Below are positions 28,418 to 37,554 of a DNA stretch of 64,000 nt, piece after piece (within the stretch, counting starts at the first letter, position 1; each line of letters begins with the position of its first letter). The stretch is from Candidatus Adlerbacteria bacterium (GTDB taxonomy: Bacteria; Patescibacteriota; Minisyncoccia; Phycocordibacterales; SBAW01): positions 83,178-147,177 of the forward strand of contig CAVVLG010000002.1 in the NCBI GenBank assembly GCA_963749085.1, given 5' to 3'. Below the pieces are notes generated by a model that saw only the letters and a list, made by a program, of their open reading frames with translations, made no database searches and had not been told where the DNA came from. The position numbers and the translations under genes were made by a program.

Positions 28418-29683
28418 ATGCCCGACCAAGCGCCTCTGGGAGACCGATCCATTCGCAATATTCCCGTCCCGGCCAGCCACCGGCGCCTCCCTATAGAAGA
28501 AGCACCCAAACCGAGCCCGCGCCGCCGCAGGCGTCGTAACCGTCTGTTTTTGTGGGTCGTGCTCGCGGTGGTGCTGCTGTGCATTGCAGGCGGCCTCCTG
28601 CTCTCGACCTCATTTTCAGGAACTACCATTCACGTCACCCCTCGCTCACAAGTCGTCACGGCTCCCGCCACCATGACTGCGGAGATAAATCCGGGCGTCG
28701 GGGTATTAGCCTACCAAGTGCTTACCGCCTCGCGCACCGCCTCGACCACGGTTGGAGCGACTGGTACCCAGCAAGTCTCTCAGGAGGCCTCCGGCATCAT
28801 CACTATTTATGACGACTACAGCACCGCAAATCAGGAATTGGTCGCCACCACTCGATTTGAGGCCCCCGACGGCACCATTTACCGCATACATAGCAACGTC
28901 GTCGTGCCGGGTGCTACAGAGAATTCGGACGGCTCGCTCACGCCCGGCTCGGTCTCTCTCACTGCCTACGCAAACGCCCCGGGCGCAAGCTACAACCGCG
29001 GAGCGACCCAATTCACTATTCCGGGCTTTGAGAACACTCCCCGCTACAGCAAGTTCTACGCACAGACGGAAGGCATGAGCGGCGGTTTCGTGGGTACGGA
29101 GCCCGCGGTCGCACCTGCGGATCTCGCTACAGCCGAGCTGGAATTGAAATCCGGCTTGGATGAAGCGCTGCAAGTTGCGGCTTCAACCGGCATACCGTCT
29201 GAGTTTTTGCCGATATCGGGCAGCCTCACCATAACGTACGATGACGTAGTGCAGTCTCCAGGTGAAGCAACAGGCACGGCCACGGTTTCCCAAACCGCGA
29301 GCGCAACCGAGGACGTGGTGCGCGCCACGGATTTGGCCGCGGCGATTGCCGCTCAGACCGTGCAAGGATACGGCGGGGAGGCGGTTGGTTTTGCGGATTC
29401 TTCGGCGATATCGGTAGCGCTTGCTTCAACTACCAAGCAAACCAACGGCGTGCTGGGCCTCACACTCTCGGGTATGCCCACATTGGTGTGGCAGTTTGAC
29501 CCGAATACACTGAAGCAAGCGCTACTCGGTAAACCCAAGAGTCAGTTTGAGACTATCGTGGAGTCATTCGCTCCGGCCATTCAGTGCACCGCAGCGACCC
29601 CCTGCAGCGCAAGTATTCGGCCCTTCTGGCTCTCGTCTTTCCCGACGGATCCAAATAAAATAACGATAGTGACCGGATCCTGA
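28418..29683 (+). CDS. membrane-anchored baseplate-J-like protein
   Basis: Basic patch plus TM, then ASGIITIY...LVATTRF...VVVPG...A..PG..YN...MSGG as in CPR baseplate-J-like proteins. Confidence 0.7.
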   Translation: MPDQAPLGDRSIRNIPVPASHRRLPIEEAPKPSPRRRRRRNRLFLWVVLAVVLLCIAGGLLLSTSFSGTTIHVTPRSQVVTAPATMTAEINPGVGVLAYQVLTASRTASTTVGATGTQQVSQEASGIITIYDDYSTANQELVATTRFEAPDGTIYRIHSNVVVPGATENSDGSLTPGSVSLTAYANAPGASYNRGATQFTIPGFENTPRYSKFYAQTEGMSGGFVGTEPAVAPADLATAELELKSGLDEALQVAASTGIPSEFLPISGSLTITYDDVVQSPGEATGTATVSQTASATEDVVRATDLAAAIAAQTVQGYGGEAVGFADSSAISVALASTTKQTNGVLGLTLSGMPTLVWQFDPNTLKQALLGKPKSQFETIVESFAPAIQCTAATPCSASIRPFWLSSFPTDPNKITIVTGS

Positions 29684-29728
29684 ATAGTGCTATAGTAAAA
29701 TCCGGCAGAATCTTGAAAGGAGAAGGTC

Positions 29729-30163
29729 ATGCGGTTCCTCATGACGCTAGTGGTGTTGCTTGCGCTTGGTGGTGTGACGCGAGCCCAAGACGCCGAAGCA
29801 CCGCCACCATACTCGAGCGGGAACGACGAGATCATCGTCTGCATCGGTCGATTTGATGCGGAGCGCATCGTGCTTCAGGTCAGCGCCTGGGCGTCTACGC
29901 GTTCCTTTGTATCCGGGTTATATGGATGGGCCAGCAAAGAACTAAAGACCTTTAGGATGTTCCCGTTTGAGGTGTCCGGCCATATGTGGGTGCGCATGCC
30001 GCAATGTTTTGCGACCGCCCCTATGCTCTTTTCAAACAAGGTGTTCGTGCATTCAAAATCCATAGACCGCAACGGGTCAATCATCCGACTCAACGTCTCC
30101 GAAGTAATCTTCAAAGGCCAGCACCTCTTTGTCGTCGAGGCCGATCTGACTGAGGAGCTCTGA
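29729..30163 (+). CDS. secreted hypothetical protein
   Basis: Signal peptide (…TRA|QD), AAAGGAG SD, own terminator. Confidence 0.7.
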   Translation: MRFLMTLVVLLALGGVTRAQDAEAPPPYSSGNDEIIVCIGRFDAERIVLQVSAWASTRSFVSGLYGWASKELKTFRMFPFEVSGHMWVRMPQCFATAPMLFSNKVFVHSKSIDRNGSIIRLNVSEVIFKGQHLFVVEADLTEEL

Positions 30164-30190
30164 CTTCTACTCCAGACTGTGCTCCTTTGT

Positions 30191-30214
30191 GCCGCCCCTG
30201 AGGCGGCCTTTTTT
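30191..30214 (+). terminator. intrinsic terminator
   Basis: GCCGCC-CCTGA-GGCGGC then CTTTTTT. Confidence 0.7.
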
Positions 30215-30253
30215 CGTGCCCACCAATTTCCCCATATGTGGCAGGCTGCTTTA

Positions 30254-30282
30254 TTGACAGCCCTCTGAGGGCACGGTAGGAT
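30254..30282 (+). promoter_or_regulatory. sigma70 promoter of the infA-alpha operon
   Basis: TTGACA-17 nt-TAGGAT; the spacer holds the palindrome GCCCTC-T-GAGGGC. Confidence 0.7.
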
Positions 30283-30296
30283 AATCTCTGTCGCTA

Positions 30297-30506
30297 ATGG
30301 ATACGAAGAACGAGGAAGTACCGGGCGTGGTTGAAGAGGCCCTGCCCAATACCTTGTTTAGGGTGTCTCTCGAATCCGGAGAGGTCATTCTTGCGTATTT
30401 GGCAGGCAAAATGCGCCTACATCGCATCAAAGTACTCGTCGGCGATAAGGTGACGGTGCTTCTGGATCCGTACGGAGGCAAAGCACGCATAACCAGAAGA
30501 CTATAA
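30297..30506 (+). CDS. infA: translation initiation factor IF-1
   Basis: [14 protein letters not shown]...GKMR...GDKV. Confidence 0.97.
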   Translation: MDTKNEEVPGVVEEALPNTLFRVSLESGEVILAYLAGKMRLHRIKVLVGDKVTVLLDPYGGKARITRRL

Positions 30507-30619
30507 TGAAAGTAAAAGCATCCATAAAAGCGCGTTGCGCCAACTGCACACTGATCCGCCGCAAAGGGCGGGTGTATGTTACCTGCAGCAACCCACGCCA
30601 CAAGCAGCGCCAAGGCTAA
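30506..30619 (+). CDS. rpmJ: 50S ribosomal protein bL36 (Zn-ribbon type)
   Basis: Translated by hand: [37 protein letters not shown]. Confidence 0.97.
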   Translation: MKVKASIKARCANCTLIRRKGRVYVTCSNPRHKQRQG

Positions 30620-30627
30620 TTTTTTAT

Positions 30628-31008
30628 ATGAGAATTTCCGGCATTACTATTCCAGATACTAAACGAATCAGCTACGCGCTGACGGCGATTTACGGCATCG
30701 GACATTCGCGCGCGCTCGTTATTTGCGCGCAGGCAAAAGTTGATCCCATGACGAAAACCTCCGAGGTATCAACCGAGGCGGAAAATAGCATCCGTCGCGC
30801 TCTTGAGGGGCTGAAACTAGAAGGCGATCTCAAACGCGAAGTCGCCGGCAACATCAAAAGACTCAAGGATATTGGTAGTTATCGCGGGGTGCGCCACACC
30901 AAGCATCTTCCTACCCGAGGACAGCGCACCAAGACCAACTCCCGCACCGTGCGCGGAAACGTCCGTAAGACTATGGGTTCCGGCCGCCGTAAGGTTAAAA
31001 AAACCTAA
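30628..31008 (+). CDS. rpsM: 30S ribosomal protein uS13
   Basis: MRISG...ALTAIYGIG...RGQRTKTNSRT. Confidence 0.97.
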   Translation: MRISGITIPDTKRISYALTAIYGIGHSRALVICAQAKVDPMTKTSEVSTEAENSIRRALEGLKLEGDLKREVAGNIKRLKDIGSYRGVRHTKHLPTRGQRTKTNSRTVRGNVRKTMGSGRRKVKKT

Positions 31009-31037
31009 AAATCGTAGTATAGTATCCGACTACACCT

Positions 31038-31466
31038 ATGGGTAAGAAACGAATAGTCAAAAAAGGAGGGGAAAGCGAAGCGACCAAGGCGGGCGGTCAA
31101 TCGCGCGCTCCGCGCCGCAAAATGGAAAGTGGCATCGTCTACGTTGAAGCTACCTATAACAACACCAAAATGTCGCTCGCGGACGCAGTGGGAAACGTTG
31201 TCGTGTGGTCCTCAAGCGGCTCCTTGGGATTTTCTGGCGCTAAGAAAGGGACTCCCTTCGCCGCAGCCAAAGTAGGCGAACTTCTGGGAGAAAAAGCGGG
31301 TTCCATGGGAGTCAAAGAAGTGGCGGTCGTGGTTTCGGGCGTGGGCGCCGGGCGGGAATCCTCCATCCGCGCGTTCGCGACCAAGGGCATACACATCTCC
31401 TCCATCAAAGACACGACCCCGGTGCCGCATAACGGCCCGCGGGCGCCGAAACCCCGTCGCGTATAA
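31038..31466 (+). CDS. rpsK: 30S ribosomal protein uS11
   Basis: ATYNNT, KKGTPFAA, DTTPVPHNG. Confidence 0.97.
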   Translation: MGKKRIVKKGGESEATKAGGQSRAPRRKMESGIVYVEATYNNTKMSLADAVGNVVVWSSSGSLGFSGAKKGTPFAAAKVGELLGEKAGSMGVKEVAVVVSGVGAGRESSIRAFATKGIHISSIKDTTPVPHNGPRAPKPRRV

Positions 31467-31472
31467 GCATCT

Positions 31473-32087
31473 ATGAAAGTCGGACCTAAATATAAAATAT
31501 GCAAACGCCTGGGCGCCTCGGTGTTTGAAAAATGCCAGACACAGAAATTTCAGCTGGCGGAAGCGCGCGCCCCGCGCCGCACGTCGCGCCCCAAGCGTGG
31601 GGGCGGAGGCGATTTCGGGGTACAGCTTTTGGAGAAACAAAAGGCCCGCTTTACCTACGGGCTCTCGGAGAGCCAGTTCAGCCGGTACGTGCATGAGGCG
31701 ATGGAGAAGCGCAGCGTCGATTCCAAATTGGGCCTCATCACCCGCCTTGAATCGCGCCTTGACAACGTGGTCTTCCGCGCCGGCTTCGTCAAAACCCGCC
31801 GCGCCGCCCGCCAGCTCGTCTCCCACGGGCTTGTGACTGTCAACGGCCGTCGTATGAATATCCCGTCCTTCTGCGTCTCGCTGGGAGATACCGTTGCCAT
31901 TCGTCCCGAGAGCCGGCAGAGTCCGTTGTTTGCAAACCGTGCCGAGGCGGCTGCGGAATGGAAGACGCCTGCGTGGCTTGAGATTGGCGACAACGGGTTC
32001 GCGGCGACCACAACGGCCGTACCGAGCATTGCTGAGACCGAGACGCCGTTTAATGCCGCCACGATTATTCAATTTTATAGTCGTTAG
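31473..32087 (+). CDS. rpsD: 30S ribosomal protein uS4
   Basis: QLLEKQK, LESRLDNVVFRAGF, ARQLVSHG, FYSR. Confidence 0.97.
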   Translation: MKVGPKYKICKRLGASVFEKCQTQKFQLAEARAPRRTSRPKRGGGGDFGVQLLEKQKARFTYGLSESQFSRYVHEAMEKRSVDSKLGLITRLESRLDNVVFRAGFVKTRRAARQLVSHGLVTVNGRRMNIPSFCVSLGDTVAIRPESRQSPLFANRAEAAAEWKTPAWLEIGDNGFAATTTAVPSIAETETPFNAATIIQFYSR

Positions 32088-32118
32088 TTAATTATTAGTC
32101 GCTAGCCTCATTTTAGAT

Positions 32119-33078
32119 ATGATGGAGTATTCAATCACATTGCCCGCTAAGCCGCGCGTCGTCTCCGAAGAGGAGATGAGCGGCGTGTATGAAATAGACG
32201 GGCTCTATCCCGGCTACGGGCACACGCTGGGTAACTCCCTGCGCCGTATTATTCTCTCCTCCTTGCCCGGCTCGGCCATCACGAGTGTAAAAATCGACGG
32301 GGTGAGCCATGAATTTTCCACCATGGACGGCGTGCGCGAGGACGTGGTCACCATTTTGCTTAATCTGAAAAAACTGCGCTTTGAAATCATCGGCGGGGAA
32401 GCCCAGACAGTGACGCTTGACGTCAAAGGTCCCAAGAAAGTTTCCGGCGCTGATCTCAAAATTCCCGGCCAAGTGCGCCTGCTCAATCCTAACTCCTACA
32501 TTTGCGAAATAACCGACAAGAAAGAATTCAGCGCTGAATTCCGCGTGGAGCGTGGCTTGGGCTATGTGCCGCGGGAGATGCTCAAGAAAGAGCGCGTCGA
32601 TATCGGCGAGATTTCAGTCGACGCCATTTTCTCTCCGATTCGACGGGTCAACTACGAAGTGGAGAATATGCGCGTCGGCGACCGCACCGATTTCAATCGT
32701 CTGCGCATCTCCATTGAAACCGACGGCACGATCGCACCTCGCGCGGCGCTCGAGCAGTCAATTGAGGTGATGATAAACCAGCTCAAAGCCATTGTGGGCT
32801 TCCGCGAGGAGGAATTGCCGCAGGCGGCTTCCGCCGAGATGCCCGCGGCCGAAGGCGCAACCACGGGAGAGGTCGCCGCGGAGGCACTCAAGACCCGTAT
32901 CGAGGATCTTGATCTCTCAAGTCGCACCGTTGCGGCGCTTGAGAAAGCCAACATCCGCACGGTCGGTGGGCTTGCCCGCAAAAAGGAAGGGGATCTTCTG
33001 GACATTGAAGGCCTCGGCCCTAAATCCATTCAGGAGATTAAACGCTCGCTCGCCAACTTCGGTATCTTGCTGAAATAG
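32119..33078 (+). CDS. rpoA: RNA polymerase alpha subunit
   Basis: GYGHTLGNSLRRIILSSLPG, HEFST, DAIFSP, alpha-CTD. Confidence 0.98.
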   Translation: MMEYSITLPAKPRVVSEEEMSGVYEIDGLYPGYGHTLGNSLRRIILSSLPGSAITSVKIDGVSHEFSTMDGVREDVVTILLNLKKLRFEIIGGEAQTVTLDVKGPKKVSGADLKIPGQVRLLNPNSYICEITDKKEFSAEFRVERGLGYVPREMLKKERVDIGEISVDAIFSPIRRVNYEVENMRVGDRTDFNRLRISIETDGTIAPRAALEQSIEVMINQLKAIVGFREEELPQAASAEMPAAEGATTGEVAAEALKTRIEDLDLSSRTVAALEKANIRTVGGLARKKEGDLLDIEGLGPKSIQEIKRSLANFGILLK

Positions 33079-33089
33079 TCCTACCCGCC

Positions 33090-33437
33090 ATGAAACACCA
33101 CGCTAGAGGAAGAAAATTCGGTCGTGAGCGCAACCAGCGCAGCGCTCTTCTGCGCAGCCTCATGCGCTCACTCGTGTTGAAGGGTCGCATTACCACCAGC
33201 GAAGCGAAGGCCAAGGAAATTCGCCCGATGATAGAAAAACTCCTGACCCGGGGTAAAGTGGCAACCCTCCACAATCGCCGCCTCCTTATCACCGAGCTTG
33301 GCGACCCTGCAGTGGCCGCTAAATTAATGAAAACCGCCGAAAATTACACCGCGCGCGCAGGCGGCTACGTGCGCATCGTGAAGATGATGCCGCGCAAAGG
33401 GGATGCCTCGGCCCGGGCCATGATTGAATTCATCTAA
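33090..33437 (+). CDS. rplQ: 50S ribosomal protein bL17
   Basis: RITTSEAKAKE, GGYVRIVK...RKGD. Confidence 0.97.
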   Translation: MKHHARGRKFGRERNQRSALLRSLMRSLVLKGRITTSEAKAKEIRPMIEKLLTRGKVATLHNRRLLITELGDPAVAAKLMKTAENYTARAGGYVRIVKMMPRKGDASARAMIEFI

Positions 33438-33443
33438 TTTTTT

Positions 33444-33785
33444 ATGATAACGATTGACGCACAAGATATTACGCTCGGCCGGGTCGCCAGCGCCGCCGCC
33501 AAGGCGCTCCTCGGCAAGCACGAGGCTTCGTTTGCCAAAAACGTAGTGTTTCCAGTTGAGGTTAAAATCATTCACGCCTCGCGCGTGCGCCTTTCCGGAA
33601 CGAAAGAGAAAAACAAAGCCTACGTGCGCTATTCCGGCTATCCCGGCGGGCAAAAGAAAGAGAGCTATGCTATGCTCAGGGGCCGCCGCGGGCAGATAGA
33701 AGTCATCCGCCGCGCGGTGTTGGGCATGCTGCCGAAAAATAAGCTGCGCATGCGCCGCATCAAGAACTTAAAGATAGAAAACTAA
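33444..33785 (+). CDS. rplM: 50S ribosomal protein uL13 (short)
   Basis: IDA...LGRVAS, YSGYPGG, AVLGMLPKNKL. Confidence 0.95.
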   Translation: MITIDAQDITLGRVASAAAKALLGKHEASFAKNVVFPVEVKIIHASRVRLSGTKEKNKAYVRYSGYPGGQKKESYAMLRGRRGQIEVIRRAVLGMLPKNKLRMRRIKNLKIEN

Positions 33786-33786
33786 T

Positions 33787-34197
33787 ATGGCTACCAAAGA
33801 AAAAGAAGAAAGATACATAGAAGCAACCGGCCGCCGCAAGGAAGCGGTCGCTCGCGCGCGCCTCATTCCGGGCACGCGCACTATCGTTTCGATAAATAAT
33901 AAGGATGCCCAAGTTTATTTCCCGACCGAGCAGCTTCGCGTCGCAGCACTCGAGCCATTTCTTAAGGTATCTCTGCCAACGCAATTTGCAATCACCGTTG
34001 TCGTGCGCGGTGGAGGGGTGGCGGGTCAGGCTATCGCCGTACGCCATGCTATCTCGCGCGCGCTGACCGAGTATGACACTACTCTGCGCGGGACGCTCAA
34101 GAAAGAAGGCTTCCTCAAGCGCGACCCGCGAGCCAAGGAGCGCCGCAAGCCGGGCCTCGTCAAGGCTCGCAAGCGCAAACAATGGAGCAAACGCTAG
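33787..34197 (+). CDS. rpsI: 30S ribosomal protein uS9
   Basis: TGRRKEAVAR, GGGVAGQ, RDPRAKERRKPG...QWSKR. Confidence 0.97.
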   Translation: MATKEKEERYIEATGRRKEAVARARLIPGTRTIVSINNKDAQVYFPTEQLRVAALEPFLKVSLPTQFAITVVVRGGGVAGQAIAVRHAISRALTEYDTTLRGTLKKEGFLKRDPRAKERRKPGLVKARKRKQWSKR

Positions 34198-34255
34198 TTC
34201 TTTGTGGTTAGAGTGTTGCGGATGGTTTTGTGTTGACATCCGATGTGCACTCGGT

Positions 34256-34287
34256 CCCCGGACCTCACTAGGTTCCGGGGCTTTTTC
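34256..34287 (+). terminator. intrinsic terminator of the r-protein operon
   Basis: CCCCGGACCT-CACT-AGGTTCCGGGG then CTTTTT. Confidence 0.8.
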
Positions 34288-34296
34288 TTATAAAAT

Positions 34297-34324
34297 TTGA
34301 CAGTAGTGTTTTTTTATGTAAAAT
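34297..34324 (+). promoter_or_regulatory. sigma70-like promoter of grpE-dnaK
   Basis: TTGACA-16 nt-TAAAAT just upstream of grpE; no CIRCE. Confidence 0.6.
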
Positions 34325-34333
34325 AGAGTGCCT

Positions 34334-34888
34334 ATGAGTGCTTCAGACAATACTTCGGAAGAGGAATTTATCCCCGAAGAGGAGGCCGAGGAAGGCCCGG
34401 TGCTCATAAAGGGGCTTCGCGAAAAATTAAGGAAGGCACTCGAGGAAAAACAGGAATATTTAGACTCCTGGCAGCGCTCACGGGCCGATTTCGCCAATTT
34501 CAAGCGTCAGGAAGCATCGCTGAATGCCGATAGGGAGGAGCGTTTGCGGGCGGAATTTGCCGAAGCGGTCATTCCCGCGCTTGATTCCTTCGAAATCGCC
34601 TTTCGGAGCCCCTCGTTTGAGACTGCGGCGCCGGATTGGAAAAATGGGGTCATACGGATTTATAAGGAGCTGCAGAAATCCCTTGAGAAGTTCGGCATCA
34701 TCTCCTTCTCTCCACTGGGCGAGCCTTTTGATCCCACACGGCATGAAGCGTTAAGGGAAGTGGAGATAGGTGAGGAAGATAAAGATCACACAGTTGCCTC
34801 GGTGGAGCGCTCCGGCTATACTCTTGGCGAAAAAGTAATCCGTCCGGCACAAGTCTCGATTGGCAGATTTAAACAACACAACAGTTAG
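34334..34888 (+). CDS. grpE: nucleotide exchange factor GrpE
   Basis: QRSRADFANFKR, FDPTRHEA, GYTLGEKVIRPAQV. Confidence 0.95.
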   Translation: MSASDNTSEEEFIPEEEAEEGPVLIKGLREKLRKALEEKQEYLDSWQRSRADFANFKRQEASLNADREERLRAEFAEAVIPALDSFEIAFRSPSFETAAPDWKNGVIRIYKELQKSLEKFGIISFSPLGEPFDPTRHEALREVEIGEEDKDHTVASVERSGYTLGEKVIRPAQVSIGRFKQHNS

Positions 34889-34908
34889 CAGTATAATTCA
34901 TAACCTAT

Positions 34909-36789
34909 ATGGCAAAAATACTTGGCATAGATTTGGGCACGACGAACTCCGCGATGGCTATTATGCGCGGCGGGGAGCCGCAGATTTTGGAGAATGCCGA
35001 AGGCGCGCGCACCACACCCTCCGTCGTCGCCACAAGCAAAACCGGCGAGCGCCTGGTCGGCCTTATCGCGCGTAGGCAGGCCGTCACTAACCCCAAAAAT
35101 ACTATTTATCAGATAAAGCGCTTTATCGGGCACAATTTCGACGAGCCCTTGGTTGAAAAAGACCGCAAAGCGGTACCGTTTGAGATGCGCAAGTCGCAGA
35201 CCGGAGGCATTGAGGTCAATATGGGCGGCAGCTGGTATCGGCCGGAGGAAATTTCGGCGATGATTCTGCAGAAGCTCAAAGTGGACGCTGAAAAACGCCT
35301 CGGCGAAACTATCACCCAGGCGGTTATTACCGTGCCGGCCTATTTCAACGATGCCCAGCGCCAGGCTACCAAGGATGCGGGCAAAATCGCCGGGCTTGAA
35401 GTCCTGCGCATTATCAACGAGCCAACTGCCGCGGCACTCGCTTACGGATTTGATAAGAAAAAGAACGAGAAGATTGCCGTCTTTGATTTCGGCGGGGGCA
35501 CCTTCGATATCTCGGTGCTTGAAGTGGGGGATGACGTCATTGAGGTCAAATCAACCGACGGCGACGCACACTTGGGCGGCAAAGATATTGATCAGAAAAT
35601 AATCGACTGGCTCGCCACCGAGTTCCAAAAGGAGAGCGGCATCGACGTGCGCAACGACCCGCTCGCCCGCCAGCGCCTTGACGAGGCCGCGGAGAAGGCA
35701 AAAATAGAGCTTTCGACCTCGATGGAAACCGAGGTTAATATTCCGTTCATCACCTCCGACTCCTCAGGTCCGCGCCACCTCTTGATTAAGATGAGCCGCG
35801 CGAAGCTTGAAGAAATTGCCGGTGAGTTCTTGCAGCGTGCGATGGACATCACCAAGCGCGCCATGGAAGCCTCACCGTTTAAAGTGGGAGATATCAACGA
35901 AGTGATTCTGGTCGGGGGACAGACCCGCATGCCGGCCATGCAAGCGGCTGTCGAAAAATTCTTCGGTAAAAAGGCGAATCTCAGCGTCAACCCGGACGAA
36001 GTCGTCGCCGTCGGCGCTGCCATTCAAGGAGGCATTTTAGGCGGCGAAGTGCGCGACGTCCTTCTGCTTGATGTCATTCCGCTGTCGCTTGGCATCGAGA
36101 CCATGGGCGGGGTCAACACCAAACTTATCGAACGCAACACCACTATTCCAACCAGCCGCACCCAGACCTTCTCGACCGCAGCCGATAATCAAACCAGTGT
36201 TGAAATTCATATCGTTCAGGGCGAGCGTGCGATGGCTGGCGACAACAAGTCGCTCGGCCGGTTTGTGCTCGACGGCATTCCTACAGCGCCGAGGGGACTC
36301 CCGCAAATAGAAGTTACGTTCGACGTTGATGCCAACGGTATTCTTTCAGTCAAAGCCAAGGACAAGGCGACGAGCAAAGAGCAAAGTATCCGCATCGAAG
36401 CGCGCTCGGGATTGACTGAGCAAGACATTGAACGCATGCGCAAAGACGCTGAGGCGAACGCGGGCGAGGATAAAAAGAAAGTAGAACTTGTGGAAGCGCG
36501 TAATATGGCGGAGCAAACACTCTATGCGGCCAAGAAAGCGCTTGATGAAAATAAAACCAAAATCCCGGCTGAACTTGGCACTTCGATTACTGAAAAAATA
36601 GCCGCATTGGAGAATAAAAAGGGGAGCGATGACACGGCGGGCATACGATCGGCGCTTGAGGATCTTCAAAAAGAACTCTCCAAAGTTTACGAAGCGGTGC
36701 AAAAAGCGGGAGGCACTCAAACGCCTCCTAACGAGCCCCCACCTCCTGGAACTCAAAGCGCTCCGCAGGATAACCCCGAGCAGAAATAA
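34909..36789 (+). CDS. dnaK: chaperone DnaK
   Basis: [36 protein letters not shown]. Confidence 0.99.
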   Translation: MAKILGIDLGTTNSAMAIMRGGEPQILENAEGARTTPSVVATSKTGERLVGLIARRQAVTNPKNTIYQIKRFIGHNFDEPLVEKDRKAVPFEMRKSQTGGIEVNMGGSWYRPEEISAMILQKLKVDAEKRLGETITQAVITVPAYFNDAQRQATKDAGKIAGLEVLRIINEPTAAALAYGFDKKKNEKIAVFDFGGGTFDISVLEVGDDVIEVKSTDGDAHLGGKDIDQKIIDWLATEFQKESGIDVRNDPLARQRLDEAAEKAKIELSTSMETEVNIPFITSDSSGPRHLLIKMSRAKLEEIAGEFLQRAMDITKRAMEASPFKVGDINEVILVGGQTRMPAMQAAVEKFFGKKANLSVNPDEVVAVGAAIQGGILGGEVRDVLLLDVIPLSLGIETMGGVNTKLIERNTTIPTSRTQTFSTAADNQTSVEIHIVQGERAMAGDNKSLGRFVLDGIPTAPRGLPQIEVTFDVDANGILSVKAKDKATSKEQSIRIEARSGLTEQDIERMRKDAEANAGEDKKKVELVEARNMAEQTLYAAKKALDENKTKIPAELGTSITEKIAALENKKGSDDTAGIRSALEDLQKELSKVYEAVQKAGGTQTPPNEPPPPGTQSAPQDNPEQK

Positions 36790-36796
36790 GTAAAGA

Positions 36797-36822
36797 AAAG
36801 CCGCCTTTTTTGTGGGCGGCCT
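36797..36822. terminator. possible terminator between convergent dnaK and HD gene
   Basis: AAAAGCCGCC...GGGCGGCC hairpin with an A-run on the left (U tail on the minus strand). Confidence 0.5.
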
Positions 36823-36847
36823 AGTAGCTTTCTTCGGATCCCTATGC

Positions 36848-37474
36848 CTATTCCTTTAGCTTGGCGATGGCACGCTGTAAGTTTCTGCGCGCTGCTTGTT
36901 CATACCGCTTTCTGAAAAAAAGCAGATAGTAAATGTAGGGGCGGTCAAGAAACGATTGCAGAATTGCAATCCGTCCCTTGGCATATGCTGCCTTAGGTAC
37001 GAACGCATATTCTTTGCGGATAGCCTGACCGTCCGCGTCGAAGTCCTTGCTGTTCTTTCCGAGACCGGCGAGATCGATGTCGCACATGAGTTGATCGTCC
37101 AGCTCCGTCACAACAAAGGTATGCTTAGTGGCGCGTATGACTCGACGGACGTTCTTTTTAAAGTAGTCAGAGCCGCTAAGCCGTACTATTTCTTCTCCAG
37201 CCAGTCTGGCGCTTCGATCCTCGTTGTCTTTGCGTCTGGGATCGTAAATGGCGTCATGGAAAAAAATGGCTGCTTCGACGACCCAAGGATTCTGAGCCAA
37301 ATGGCGGGTTTGATCAAAGGTCGTGAGACACGATTCGATGTGATCAAGAGTGTGATACGCCCGATGTGGCTCTTGGTAGCGGTGCCACAGGCGCGAACGC
37401 ACGTGCAGGATCTCTTGCTTTGGTGCCGCTGGGCAACGTACCCAGAAGTCGTACCAACGTTTCTCCATACTCAT
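36848..37474 (-). CDS. HD-superfamily metal-dependent phosphohydrolase (COG4339-like)
   Basis: Y.EPHRAYHTLDH, FHDAIYDP...NE..SA, DIDL..LG, IRKEY. Confidence 0.88.
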   Translation of the reverse strand: MSMEKRWYDFWVRCPAAPKQEILHVRSRLWHRYQEPHRAYHTLDHIESCLTTFDQTRHLAQNPWVVEAAIFFHDAIYDPRRKDNEDRSARLAGEEIVRLSGSDYFKKNVRRVIRATKHTFVVTELDDQLMCDIDLAGLGKNSKDFDADGQAIRKEYAFVPKAAYAKGRIAILQSFLDRPYIYYLLFFRKRYEQAARRNLQRAIAKLKE

Positions 37475-37554
37475 TGTTCTCTCCACGGTTTGCTGTTCTG
37501 GTGTACTCGTACCAGGTATAGGAGCTTTTGTCAAATTATGCTATACTGAAATAA

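Noticed and set aside
31212-32072. 286-aa minus-strand ORF and similar antisense ORFs over rpoA, dnaK and the ABC exporter
   Set aside because: Shadows of strongly conserved genes caused by GC-rich codon bias.
34245-34335. CIRCE element (GCACTC ... GAGTGC)
   Set aside because: The half-sites are about 70 nt apart rather than 9 and lack the TTA/TAA flanks.
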